In this document: positions 10,425-22,493 of the stretch, piece by piece
Layout of the letters: every line of letters begins with the position of its first letter
Position numbering within the stretch: the first letter of the stretch is position 1
Assembly (NCBI GenBank): GCA_965637545.1
Contig: OZ281499.1
Coordinates: 25,978,001-26,042,000, forward strand
Length of the DNA stretch: 64,000 nucleotides
Reading direction: 5' to 3'
From: Phallusia mammillata
Taxonomy: Eukaryota
The notes under the pieces: generated by a model
What the model was told of the DNA's origin: nothing
The model's database searches: none
The model's input: the letters and a program-made list of their open reading frames with translations, nothing else
Made by a program: the position numbers and the translations under genes

Positions 10425-13400
10425 GTAAGAATAGCTTGCAGTCCAGTTTTAGGGCTTGGCACACCACCATACCTAAATCAGTGTAAAAACACTAAAATAG
10501 AAAGACCTCTTTCCAATCACAACAATAAAACTTGAAACATGTAATAGTCATAAAGAGTGTTTTTTTAGGTGTTTTGTTTCTCCAGCGGTTTCCCAAAATT
10601 TGCCAGTAGCCTAATAAATAATTCGGTTAAGCAAATATGGCTATTTTTTGATATTTAAATGAAACACTTGCGGTCTCTTAAAACTACTTAGCGGTCACCC
10701 AAACCAAACCTTTAAAAAAAACCTGGTCATAAACATCACACTCTCTGTAAAAACAGAATCAACCGATCATTTTAAGTATAAATTGCCTGTGTGCAACAAA
10801 AGCATCAAATTTTGTCCTATTAATTGTTTTTCTGCACAGAAGTTGTGTTAATTTTAATATGTTTAAAAGTTTTGCTTTAACGAATATATACTTTTATGTT
10901 AATGACTACCGTTTATTGTACAAATGACACTTTTTCATGGTTAAGAAGTCATAGACATTCTTTTGGAGATGTTATGTCACAAACATCCATGAACAATCCA
11001 CAATAAACAAAACTCCAATCAAAGTCCATAAAACCAAAAACAACATAGATTTAGCGTTGTTTGTCATATGTGGGATTTCAGTAGTGGGCACAGAAACCTT
11101 ATCATAAATCGAAACCATAAACAAGCTTCCTACACAGTATAAAATCTGATAAACAAATGGCACAAACACCATACTCTACAAATATAATTCAAAAACAGAC
11201 TAATAACACAATACAAGCGACTGAGCTAAGTAAACATCATCAAATAAGGCTAATAAATCTATGGCTCCTTTTGGATAAATTAAATTACACACTGTTTGAA
11301 TTTAACATAAAAAACTTTGCTGTTAACTTACAAAAGAAAACAGGCAAAACTTGCCTTTTGTGTAACAAGATAACCAACAATAAAGAACATTAAAACAAAT
11401 GTGGAAGTAAATAATTCAACCATTTATCATTACATCTTTCTTTCCCCCTTTTAGTATTTTACCTATTTTCATGGATAATTTTAGTCAATAGCTTGAAAAA
11501 AATTTCTGATGTCCATATAACCAAAACTATACTGAGCATGTTTGGTCATTTAAGTACCTAAAAATTGAAGCATAAGTAGACACTCACTGAATGGTTATGA
11601 TTTCCATAATCCATTTGCCACCTTTATACGGCAACACTGTTTTCATGTAAAATGTCTTCATTCTTCAAGAAAATTAGATCAATGATATATAGTTAACAGT
11701 TAACATCCCAATACAATCAGTCCGAGTTAAATAAATTACAAGTTATACCAAAAACTTTTCAAAAACAAAGCTACAATACATTAAATACATCTTTACAGCA
11801 TGGAAAAATACATGGGAAAAGTCAACAGGAATAAACACAGAAGCTTACTGTAATTGGCACATTTGTTGGGCAATAAGTTTTCATGCTTCATTGTGTTTTC
11901 ATTCTTCTTACTACGTTGAGTTCTTAAGAAAAGATTAACGACCAATTACCATTAATTTTTCAATAAAGTCAGTTCATAAAAACTGATTTAATGGTTAAAT
12001 ACCTACAGTTAATTTTATGTGGAAAATGCTTTTAACTATTTTAAACATGAATCAGAAACACACAAACTCACCGAAAAATAATCATTTCCATAACCCAACT
12101 GCCATATTGTTTCGGCAAAACATATTAATCATTGTGTTTTAATTCTTTTTAGCATTTTCATGTTGAAGTAAACTAAATTGATGATCAAATTTCAACATCA
12201 CTGAGCAATCTGTGAGCAAAAAAAAAGAATATTAATGATCCTTAAAAATACGTTTTATTACAATAACGACTGCCATACTATACTTTTTTATAATCTTTTG
12301 CCTTATTTTCTAAAAAAAAAACTCTTCCAAAATTAGATTTCTAGGAAATGAGCTTTTGTGTCTCACATAAGTATTTTGAACTTGTTTTGCTGAGGTTTAA
12401 GTGCATTTTTCTATTTCTTGAAAGGTGTATTGCCGCTATGTTTTATGACAATGTAAAAATGTTTTTGAAACACATCATGACAACTTTACACATTATCAGC
12501 TCACTAGGGGAGCTGGGTTAGTTGGGAAGGTTAATATTGCTTTAAAGATTCAGAATTTTCCTGGTTTAACTCAGAGCAGTCCAAGACTGAAAGGGTGGAG
12601 AGCCACATTAGAGGTTAGTAAGTACTTAATACAAGGCAAAAAAGGGAAACTCTTTGAGACTTAATGATATTATATCAAAACAAAGCATGAAAGGCGCTTG
12701 TCACCTCACAACGGACACATCTGTGACTTGATGATTAGCATATTATTTAGGGCTGTGGCAACTAAAAGTGTTCCAGGGTTTGGACCACCCTTAACCATTG
12801 GCTATAACAATCAATGCAATCCATGCTCAGCCCCATTTTTGTCTTAAATTGATAACAGTCCTAGTTCTAATGCACACTTCTGATAAAAATGCCAAACAAA
12901 ATGTAACTCTGCATTAAGAATAGTGGGTTCTTCAATTATCTAGTTTAGTTGGGACAAAATCTGATCTGCCTGCATAAACAAATACTTAGAATTAAAAAAA
13001 ACACAATGTTTGGCTATAATTAACAAATTAATCAATTCGTTTACATTAATGATACCTTCCCAACAGAATGCTATCTTAAAGTGGCATAGTACACAGTATG
13101 AGGCTTCGTATTTTCCTTTTCAGTGCATTCATAATGGGACCTTATAATACAGATCAGGATAAACACTGTTGGCAAACAGATATTGACAAAAGTACTGTGT
13201 TACCAAACTGGACTTACCATTGAAACAGGTAACCAATTTGTGGCTCTTCAAGACAGTTGAATATAGTCAACAATCATAATAACAAATTGAGTATTGTTTG
13301 TTAAACTATTAACAAGTGCTGCTCAACTTGTTTTAACCGCTGGACCACTAACTCAATTAAAAATAAAATAAAAACAATTTCCTTTATGAACTAAAGAATA

Positions 13401-13918
13401 AGTAAGCATACACAACTTCGAAAGAATGACATAAAGTAAATTACAACCAATAGTGTACTCTAAAAATATATTTGTTTCAAACATATCCAGTTTTAACCTA
13501 AACACAGTCAAAATTCTGTGGACCACCCCAAAAAGTCCATGTGTTGAGAAAATCTGTCGTAAACAAACCATTTTGCCACAATATTTAACTAACAATGCTA
13601 ACCTCAATATGCACAGCGCATGCTTACTACTTTACTTCATAAATAAGTTTACTAGGCAATACCTACAAAGACTAAATTTGACAAACTAAAATTATGTCCG
13701 AAAAAACTTTTGGTGCTAATTCAACATGATTTATTTTCAAATCTTATTGAATTTAACCACACACAAAAGCTCGAGAAAAATCAAGTGTTACAGAATGCTA
13801 TATTCGTTAGGGTATACTTTTTCGTTGTTTGATGTGTGTTATTTTACTGAAAAAAAACTTGATAAACAAAGAAATCCTTACGCTAAGCGATCTGTAATCA
13901 CGAAAACGACCTTCACAA

Positions 13919-14318
13919 CAGAGTTGCAAGTCGGGCCGGGCTTTTCGGGCCGGGTTCGGGTTCGGGTCGGGTTCGGGCCGGGTTCGGGCTTAGGTATTTG
14001 TGAGAAAACGGGCTTAAAACGGGCCTGACTTTACGTTCCGTGTCCGCCATTTAAAAAAACAAAATAAAATCACTCGGCTAAGAAACTCTGGCTTTGACCT
14101 AATGCCCACTCTACTCTAAAACGTATTGTTTACCCCATGGTCTACTATTGATCATTGTATTTGTTGTCTATCTCTTTTTTCTTTCTCATCCTGTCAATCA
14201 AAATTTCGGGCCTAAACGGGCTTCGCAAAAACGTTTCGGGTTCGGGCCGGGCTTCGGGCTCATACTTTCGGGTTCGGGCCGGGTTCGGGCTCAGATTTCG
14301 GGCCCGCTTGCAACTCTG
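13919..14318. mobile_element. hAT MITE (400 bp) with subterminal (TTCGGG/CCGGG)n arrays
   Basis: TIRs cagagttgcaag(t)cgggcc / ggcccgcttgcaactctg; perfect 8-bp TSD cttcacaa (13911-13918, 14319-14326). Confidence 0.92.
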
Positions 14319-14982
14319 CTTCACAATGTTGATCAACAAACTCAACCAATCGGACGACGTTCTACAATTATGAGTTATGTCGTCATGTTTAAATTTTTAA
14401 CAAATCAAAAAACAAGAAAAGCGTACAAAAATATCATGTTTGGTAATAAAAAATAAAATAGCATTCATGCACAAAATAAAACTGCATAAAAAATAATTAG
14501 AAGTGTTACAATGTAAGAATACACAATTTTATGCTGGTCACAAAACGTTGTCGTTAATCGGCATCTGACAGCTTGTCAATTTTGCTTTTTGTAAGTACAA
14601 AACAAGTCAGCATTGTTAAGATGATAACAATAAAAAATATTTGTTTCTTAGTTGTACACAGCTATTCTGGCTGGCTGATAGGTTCCAAACACAGGCTTTG
14701 TGTATCTGCCGGTTGTAACCATGCTGACAACTACAAATAAGGTGAATTACTAGCGATTGGCCAAATAACAAACTCATATCTGCTCGGCTACTTTAAATAG
14801 ATATATTTAACTAGTAAACTGTGTAATCAATTACAAATCAAAGTTTCATGAACTTTATTTGATTCCATTTCCACTTTATTTATTATAAATCCGTAGAGTC
14901 ATGACGTCACTGGAAACGTCAACATATTTTGAATTTTTGAGTGTTTAACTCAACGTTGTTTGACTTCAACTACGGCTCAAAC

Positions 14983-15200
14983 TAACTGAGCTTTAGACCA
15001 AGTATTGCTCATCCAGCAGTTTTCATTGTAAACAATCGACGTTTCGACGTCCTACACAAGACGCCTTCATCAGGATAATGACATAACTTGCAAGACGAAT
15101 GTCTTTTAAAGCGACAAAATGTTTACAATAAAAACTGCTGGATGAGCAATACTTGGTCTAACATTATGCCTGGCAGCAATAGCTTATTAACTGAGCTTTA
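14983..15200. mobile_element. Penelope-like pseudo-LTR remnant arranged as an inverted repeat
   Basis: 42-bp inverted repeat 14993-15034 / 15120-15161 (41/42 identical), flanked by a 13-bp direct repeat taactgagcttta (14983-14995, 15188-15200); encloses a hammerhead motif. Confidence 0.7.
15031..15080 (-). ncRNA. Minimal type I hammerhead ribozyme motif (PLE-type)
   Basis: Minus strand: cattatc CTGATGA a ggcgtctt gtgt aggacgtc GAAA C GTC gattgt. Core CUGAUGA/GAAA, 8-bp stem II, palindromic ACGU stem III, GUC cleavage triplet, short stem I (atc/gat). Confidence 0.7.
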
Positions 15201-16133
15201 TTAAAAAAATAACTGAACTTTATTAACTTTGCCATAAGCCAAAGAGCGGTTCGTGTTAATTATAAACAGTTTCTGGTGTAAACTCTTTGCGAAGCGAAAC
15301 CATCCATGCACAAAGCGACTAAGGTTTGCCACCAATAAAAAAAACAAGTTTTGGGAAATATACTTGTGTTAACAAACGATCGAAATTGTAGCACACTGGC
15401 GAACGTAAACGCAGAGCGAAATCCCCATAAATGTTACCTGATATAACTGGCGTTGTTCACAGCTTGGCATGCAGCTAAGGACGAGACTGCAACGTGAGAA
15501 AATACAACCCGACATGGCTTTCCATAAACACATAATTTAAATTTAATTTACACTCCAAGCCTTTCGTTCAACACAAACGTTCATTCAATCTCGCACACGA
15601 GAACACAGATGTTTGGGTGCGTCTCCTAAACCTCTTGTTTAGGGACAAACGCGGATTTTGCTAGGCTTTGTGCGGAATGTTGGGGAAAATATGTTTTTTG
15701 TCCAGCTTGAAGCAAAATTGTTGCGAATATAACCAAGCTTTACTCTAAACACGAAGTCTTAAATACGATTTAAATTCACTCGCACCCTAAAGTTACACCA
15801 CAGTTCGTTTGAAGGATTTCAGATTACCTCAGTAATCATAAAGTGTCTGAAGTTTACCTAAGATTAGTCTTTAATACAAGCGTTGCGTGGAAAAATCTAA
15901 ACCCTCATTGATAAATGACTAAATGTGTTCATAAATTTGAATCAATAGGCAGAAAGTTTATTATAGTGTTTATTATCCACCAAGCAGCTGGGAGATTCTA
16001 GTTTATGGTTTAAAAAGTATACCCTTTGCAGAGTTGCCTTAGTTTATTTATCCTATAGCCAAGTGGGTTTAAACTTTCACGTTTCGAGTTTTAATTATCG
16101 TTGCAGAAAACAAACAAAACGGTCGGATAAAAA

Positions 16134-19100
16134 ATGAGGGTCGGTTTAGTAGCGCCATTGTTGGTAATGCTGGCATATCCTGGGGTACAACCTGCTCATG
16201 GTTTGGATTGTTTTGTGGGAGATACATCAAGTGACCCTTTGGCAGCAACAACATGTGCCGGCGGCGAACTTTTTTGTGGAAGAACGGAAACTCATATTGG
16301 TAAAGATGCTGTGAACTGACACGTTATCGTTAATTTGTTTGACCATGCAACAATAATATTCCATAAAAACTGTGCTAATACAGACATCGTCCTAAACTGC
16401 ATGGTACACTGTAGGTCTTGTAAGAAATTGATGTGTATAATGTGAAAAAACATTAACAAACACACGATAAAGTGTTTTCTTTAAGTCAATGTGATCACAA
16501 ATTTTGATTTTGTGAATAACAAACTGATCAAAGAAACCGTAATAATGTTTGAAATCAGTGCCCCAAAATTAGGCAAAACCAACTTAACCAGTTTAGGCAC
16601 CGAAAATTCTGTTGGCCAGTGTAATATATTCCAAACTGAAGCTTTCAGTAAACTTAATCAGTCTCTGTTTTTCGTTACAATAAAGAAAGCTTCAGTTTTG
16701 TAAATAATGTTCGTTTTATAAATACATTCACATTTGTAACTAGGAGGAGGAACTTTAGAAATTGTTGGAACTTGTCAAGACACAGTAGCCTCGTGCGATA
16801 ATCTCTGCACCGGAACCGCGTGAGTAGAAAGTTTCAAACTGATGTAGAAAGTATCCGCAAATAAATATACATACCACATTTTAGTATTTAATTTACTTTA
16901 AACAACCGCCTGTGCAGAGAATGTGTTTCTGCATGCTGCAACGACCAAGATAATTGCCACCAAAAGTCTGTAACGGACATAAACAGAATAATTCAGTGTG
17001 GAATTGGGGACCTGATCAGTGAAGGAACGTTTGCTATGACTGCCGAGTGTGCAGTTGAAGAACTTTGCGGGAGAATTAGTATTGCTGGTAAATACTTTGT
17101 TATGTCGCCCTTGTGTGGGTACGCCAAATGTTGTAGTAAGATTAGGTCTGCAACTTGCCTGGATGGTCCGGAGCGCCTGATCCACACGCAGACATAAAAA
17201 AAACTTACCGGGATTCGTCCGCGGGAGCGCCATGAGTTCTATGGGTTTCAACATGCTTATAACTTATAGTTTGTTTGTTTTTCTTATAGATGCAGCGCGT
17301 TTTCCATCTTTTCGCCAATTGCGCCCTCTACTTTGTCGCGTTTTAAACGTCTCAACGTTTTGCAGCTATTTTCAGCGTGGTGAACATTTTAGGTCAATTG
17401 TGCTGCTAAGGTCTGTTTCACCCGGCGAAATAAACTCAACTCGATATCGTAAAAAAGATTATACTGCACCTTAAACGTGGCAGTCACGTAGGTTAGCCCT
17501 GTGCGTTTATAACAGTAAAAATGGATCTCTTTAAAACCATTAAACAATGTAGAAAAACAAACTTCTTCTTAATCGAGGCTATTTATTTTTAATTGAAACC
17601 CTTTCACAATTTGAAAACTACCGCTTTAACGTTCAACAAAACGTCTTTTTAATTGTATGCTTTACTGGAGAAAAGTTTTGCTGAGCCCAATAGTTTTTCT
17701 GCATGTGATAAACGGATTTCAACCTTCCTTGTATATAGGTTCTGACACTGGGTCGTGTTCAACAATTGCTCAATGTGATGAAAACTGTGTCGGGATATCG
17801 TAAGTACAAAGCTGAAAAAAATTCTATGTCTTACAAAAAACCGTCTGTTTAAAATTTGATGCATGTTTAAGGGATTGTACATCTGCGTGGTGCAATAACG
17901 CTGACCAATGCAATGTCCAATCAGTTGATCAAATGAGAGCCATATTAATGTGTGGAACTGGAACTTTATCTGGCGGAGTGTTTCCAACGACAACCACTTG
18001 CGGCGCTAACGAGCTTTGCGGAAGAACGGAAACTCAAATTGGAGGAAGTAAGTTTTGATGCAAAATAGGTTATGTTGATTTTTGTAGTGCGCTGGTTTTG
18101 AAACGTAATGCATCCAAACTAATCTTTTAACCAGTAACATGCCGCGGAGGGGGAGTAAGTTTGAACTTAATTTAATTTGCAGCCACAACTACTGTTGGAT
18201 CGTGTTCAACGCAAGTTGCCTGCAATGAGCTCTGTGTCGGTACGACGTAAGTATAAGAAACTTAGCGTTACGAATTGCAGTAGATTTGTAGTTGTTAAAG
18301 TAGACATAAACATTTACGTTTAACAAAAAAAGCAAATGGTAACTGTTTTGCAATTTTTCGCTGGACTTTATGAGATTTAATGTTGTTAGGGACGCATGTG
18401 TATCGGCATGTTGTAATGATGGCGACAACTGCAACACTCGGACAGTGGAAGAAATGAAAAACATTGTTCGATGTGGAACTGGAGTTTATCCGGGAGGTGT
18501 TTTAGAGACTTGTCAAGCTGGTTGGTTTTGTTCGAGAAGAGAAATTGGAAGCAATGTGTTTCTCCTAACCACGATAGATAATTTACTGTATAAGTGCATT
18601 TAGTTGATGGTAAGTTGTCTGATCATTAGATGATATCTGGTCTTAAGTGTGTAAAGTCTAGATCACTAACCGACCACTTGTTGGTCACAAAACAAAAGCA
18701 ATTTGTCTTTTTGGGGGTAGGAAGTTGGCAAAAAGGTGTAGGGGCGAGGACCCATACGCGGAAAATGGTTAAATTACACGACACATTTTAATTAGTGTTT
18801 GGATTTACTTTAAAAAAAACTTTTGCTTTTGTTGAGTCATAACAAAAAGGTTCCTCCAATAGACGTGCCAGAGGTTTCGTGTCAAAATGCTGCCGGATGC
18901 AATGTGCTGTGTGAAAACGAACTGTAAGTATTATTTCCATGAGTAAAGCAAAGTGCAATTTGAAAATAATGACGAGGCTTTTGTAATTGTTGTGGTATTC
19001 CTGTATACAACAGGCATTGCGCATCGGCATGCTGCAACAACGCTGACGGCTGCAACAGTTTGTCAGTCTCCGAACTTTCTGGCAGAGTATGTATGGTTGG

Positions 19101-20512
19101 AACAATCACCACAATTGGAAGCAATCCTGCAACTGGAACTTTGTTGGCAACAGATTGCAGCTCAGACACATTTTGTGGCAGAACTGAAACTACCACAACA
19201 GAAAGTAACTAAAAAAAATAATTTTATATTCAGCCACAGTTATAACAGTTGGATCGTGTCAAGCACAGAGCTCATGCGCGACACTGTGTGGCTCAACTCA
19301 GTAAGTTTTTAAATGCATTTTTTTAATTAAACTTTTGTTTGAGTTTCAATTAAATTAATTTCAATGTATACTTTTCGAACAGAAATTGTGTCAGTGCTTG
19401 CTGCAGCATATCGGATCTCTGCAACATTTTAACAGTGAGCCAACAAACAGCCCGAAACTGTTACGTTGGAAGTTCAACTTCAGACACACCAGTTATGGAT
19501 ATGACTTACACCCGGTGCGCTGCATCCGAACAGTGCGGAAGAACTCAAACCTCTAGCACATCTGGAGGTAATTACGTTTGTAAATTGGAGCAAAAACCAA
19601 AACTTAAGTTGCCCCAGCACATTCTAATGCAGTAGTTTTAGAACAAAATTAAATTATAGTTAGGAGCCATCCTATAACGCAGGGTTGCGTAGTTATACTT
19701 GGTGAAATCGTAGCTTTTTGAGGTGAATTCATTCCTAATATTTGCAGCGAATTTAACTTTAATCCAATTTTATCCAAAAAATACACCTTTAAAATGTGCC
19801 AGGGCACACAACAGCTTTGTTTTTAAATCAATCGACTTAAATTAAGTGGAATTGTAAATTTTGTACCAAATCCACAACAGTGGTATAATGTTTACAAGAA
19901 AACTCAGCTTTACTTGTTTAGGTACAACAACAGTGACTACTGTTGGATCTTGTATTGCATCAACAGAATGTGACACTCTCTGTGGAACGTAAGTTTAATA
20001 ACCATTACTACGTTGCAGTTAAGTTGAGCGTTGTAACTTGCTTCTTATTTGAGAAATTGAATATAGATTGTCATCTTGCTCTGACCAAACCACACTTTTA
20101 CTGACAAATAATTCTCAAAGCAAAAAACATAAAAAGTTCTCAGGGAAGTAAAAGTATTTGACAAGTAAGTTGATACGTTTTTAGTACGATCGACAGGGAT
20201 TAGATTTCACGCAATCAAAGAGGCGTTTGTTGAATGAGAGTACACATAACAGACTGGGCCTTTGGCTACACGCCAAATAACTACTGGTGTAATATTTCTC
20301 CCTTTCATAGGAACCCTGGCTGTGTTTCCACATGCTGTGATACTGATGGATGTAACTCACAACCTGTCTCAACTACAACCACCACCACTACAACAACCAC
20401 TGCTACAACCACTACAACAACTGTAACCACCACATCTGGTGCTGAACATGCAGCACAACTAAATATGTTGGTGATGATGGGTCTTGTGGTTCTCGGTTGC
20501 TTCATGGCTTAA
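16134..20512 (+). CDS. Gene B: signal peptide + 6 LU-like domains + Thr stalk + GPI tail; carries several lesions (possible pseudogene)
   Basis: Exons 16134-16299 (MRVGLVAPLLVMLAYPGVQPAHG-LDCFVG), 16744-16819, 16918-17087, 17739-17799, 17872-18047, 18183-18246, 18390-about 18553 (GT donor absent), 18863-18923, 19014-19204, 19234-19300, 19383-19567, 19922-19988, 20311-20512. Cys-to-Trp at 17888-17890; 29-nt intron at 19205-19233. Confidence 0.8.
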
Positions 20513-22083
20513 TCGATGTGTTTCCAAAGCATCAGCATTACTGTGTTTGTGTGATTTAGAGAATATATATCCAAGTTTGTTTATAATCTTTAGATTTTGT
20601 ACTACAGTATACACAGTTATTATGTTGTTGCATTTGCATGTACTCTTTCGCACATATTGTAATACAGTGTTTGTATAATAAACTAATGCTTTGTGCAACT
20701 TCAACCCTAGTGCGCAAACGTTCACGTTATTTGATTTTGGGTTCTTGGTACGTTGTTTTCGCGCGCACGATCTCTTGTTGATGAACGAAACCAAGTTTTT
20801 GACATTTTACTGCAATTTCTACTGTTTTCTGTTTTAGAGAAGCATAAATGCAAAAGTATTTACGTTTCATCAATAAAAAATTAATACATATAAAAACGTC
20901 AAAGTCCTTTTAAACAACAAAAAATAATGCATACAAAAGTCTTCAGGTCCCAATAAACGCAATGCAGAAAAATATTCCCATAGAAGGATGACTAAAACAC
21001 ATTTTCCATTAAACGCAACGTATCAAATTATGTCCAAATGTTTATACGCTACTGTAGTGATTCTCAGACTGTGTGCTGCGGAACGCTAGTTCGCCGCCAC
21101 AGATTTCCAAGTGTTACGCGAAATATTCGATTTTTAAAATTTTAAACATTTTCTGAGGTTTTAGTACATGACAAAATGCGGGCAAGTATAAGAACGTTTA
21201 ATTGCTCGTCTCTTTACTATTTCTTATAAAAAGCTTCCCACCCACCACAATAAAGTTGCAACTTTCTTTTGGGTCCTTGACATACAAGGTGTACAGCGGA
21301 ATGATAATCGTCTTTGTTAATGCACCGTAAGGTAAAAAAAAACTTGGGAAATAACTGTTTTACAACTCTACATAAACTTGTTAAAATCGCTATGGTGTTA
21401 AAATCCATTATTCAATTCAACGTAGTACAAGACTCACAATAAGATTTAAATCTTTTGTTAGCACTTCCCCCACTCAAGTCGTTCTCAAACACAAAGCACG
21501 AGAATCATAGAACACCATGTTTTCGTGAAGTGCTCGCGTGGCAGACGGCTTCAAGTTACCACGCTTTCTTCGCCTTAGTAAGTCCTTTTAGAAATCTTTT
21601 TACCACATTTCTTCAGAGCGCTCAGATTGCTTTCTTCGTTTACATCCCTCCATTCATTCTTAGTTGACTTAAAAGATTAGACAACAGTAGAACATGGTGA
21701 CGAATACCAAACACACGAAAGACAGTGGGATTAATTTTTTTGTATAGTTTTTTGTTCCGTCTTTGGGCTATTTAAAAATCAATCTAATATTAAGTTTAAT
21801 ATCTATGGCGCCCAGTAGTCTGTTCGCTACTTCCATAGTAACCAATGTTCTACAAACACAACTCATATCTTGCAAAGTTTTAAAAATAATAAACTTATTA
21901 GCACTACAGAATAAATGCGCCAAATAATAAACAAGCGAAAATTACGACGGCCGTGTAAAGTTAAAGCAAAAGGCTTTTATTTAAAAAAAAGTATTTAGAT
22001 TTTCGGGGTTTGACAGGTCGCATTCCGCTGCTCACATATTAAAATGTATTAGTTCAATGAAAAGACACCAGCAGTATCTAAGT

Positions 22084-22493
22084 CAGCGGTTTCCAAACTG
22101 GGGTCCGCGGTCTTTTAGGGGTCCGTGGGGCAATTTTGGGGGGACCGCGAAGCGGTTGAAGTAATTCTATAATCTTATTTGGGGTCAGTTTGTCCCACTA
22201 AACAAGTTTAAATCAAAGTAGAATTGAGAATCGACTGTCTCCATTGCTAAACAATGGCCTTTATTGAATGACAACTATCAAAAATACAATTGTTCGCGCA
22301 CCACCGTAATGTTTTTGTCCTGTTTGTGATATCACATGCTGTCTTTGGATGATTGTTATGCGCAATTTTGCATAACTAGCTTAAAACCTGCAATCAACTT
22401 TCGTTTTTATGAAATACACATTTTGGCGGGGTCCTCGAAATAATGGCAAAGGGACCGTTTTGAAAAAAATATGAAAAAGTTTGGGAACCACTG
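22084..22493. mobile_element. hAT MITE (about 410 bp), same family as 54543-54962
   Basis: TIRs cagcggtttccaaact / agtttgggaaccactg; TSD atctaagt / atctatgt (7/8); internal sequence aligns by eye along its length with the 54.5-kb copy. Confidence 0.9.

Noticed and set aside
16406-16623. Tc1/mariner-like MITE (tacactg ... cagtgta)
   Set aside because: Only a 7-bp terminal match; insufficient support.
18135-18154. 20-nt ag...gtaagt micro-exon in a gene B intron
   Set aside because: Not a multiple of three and breaks the phase pattern; likely a degenerate duplicate of the preceding exon end.
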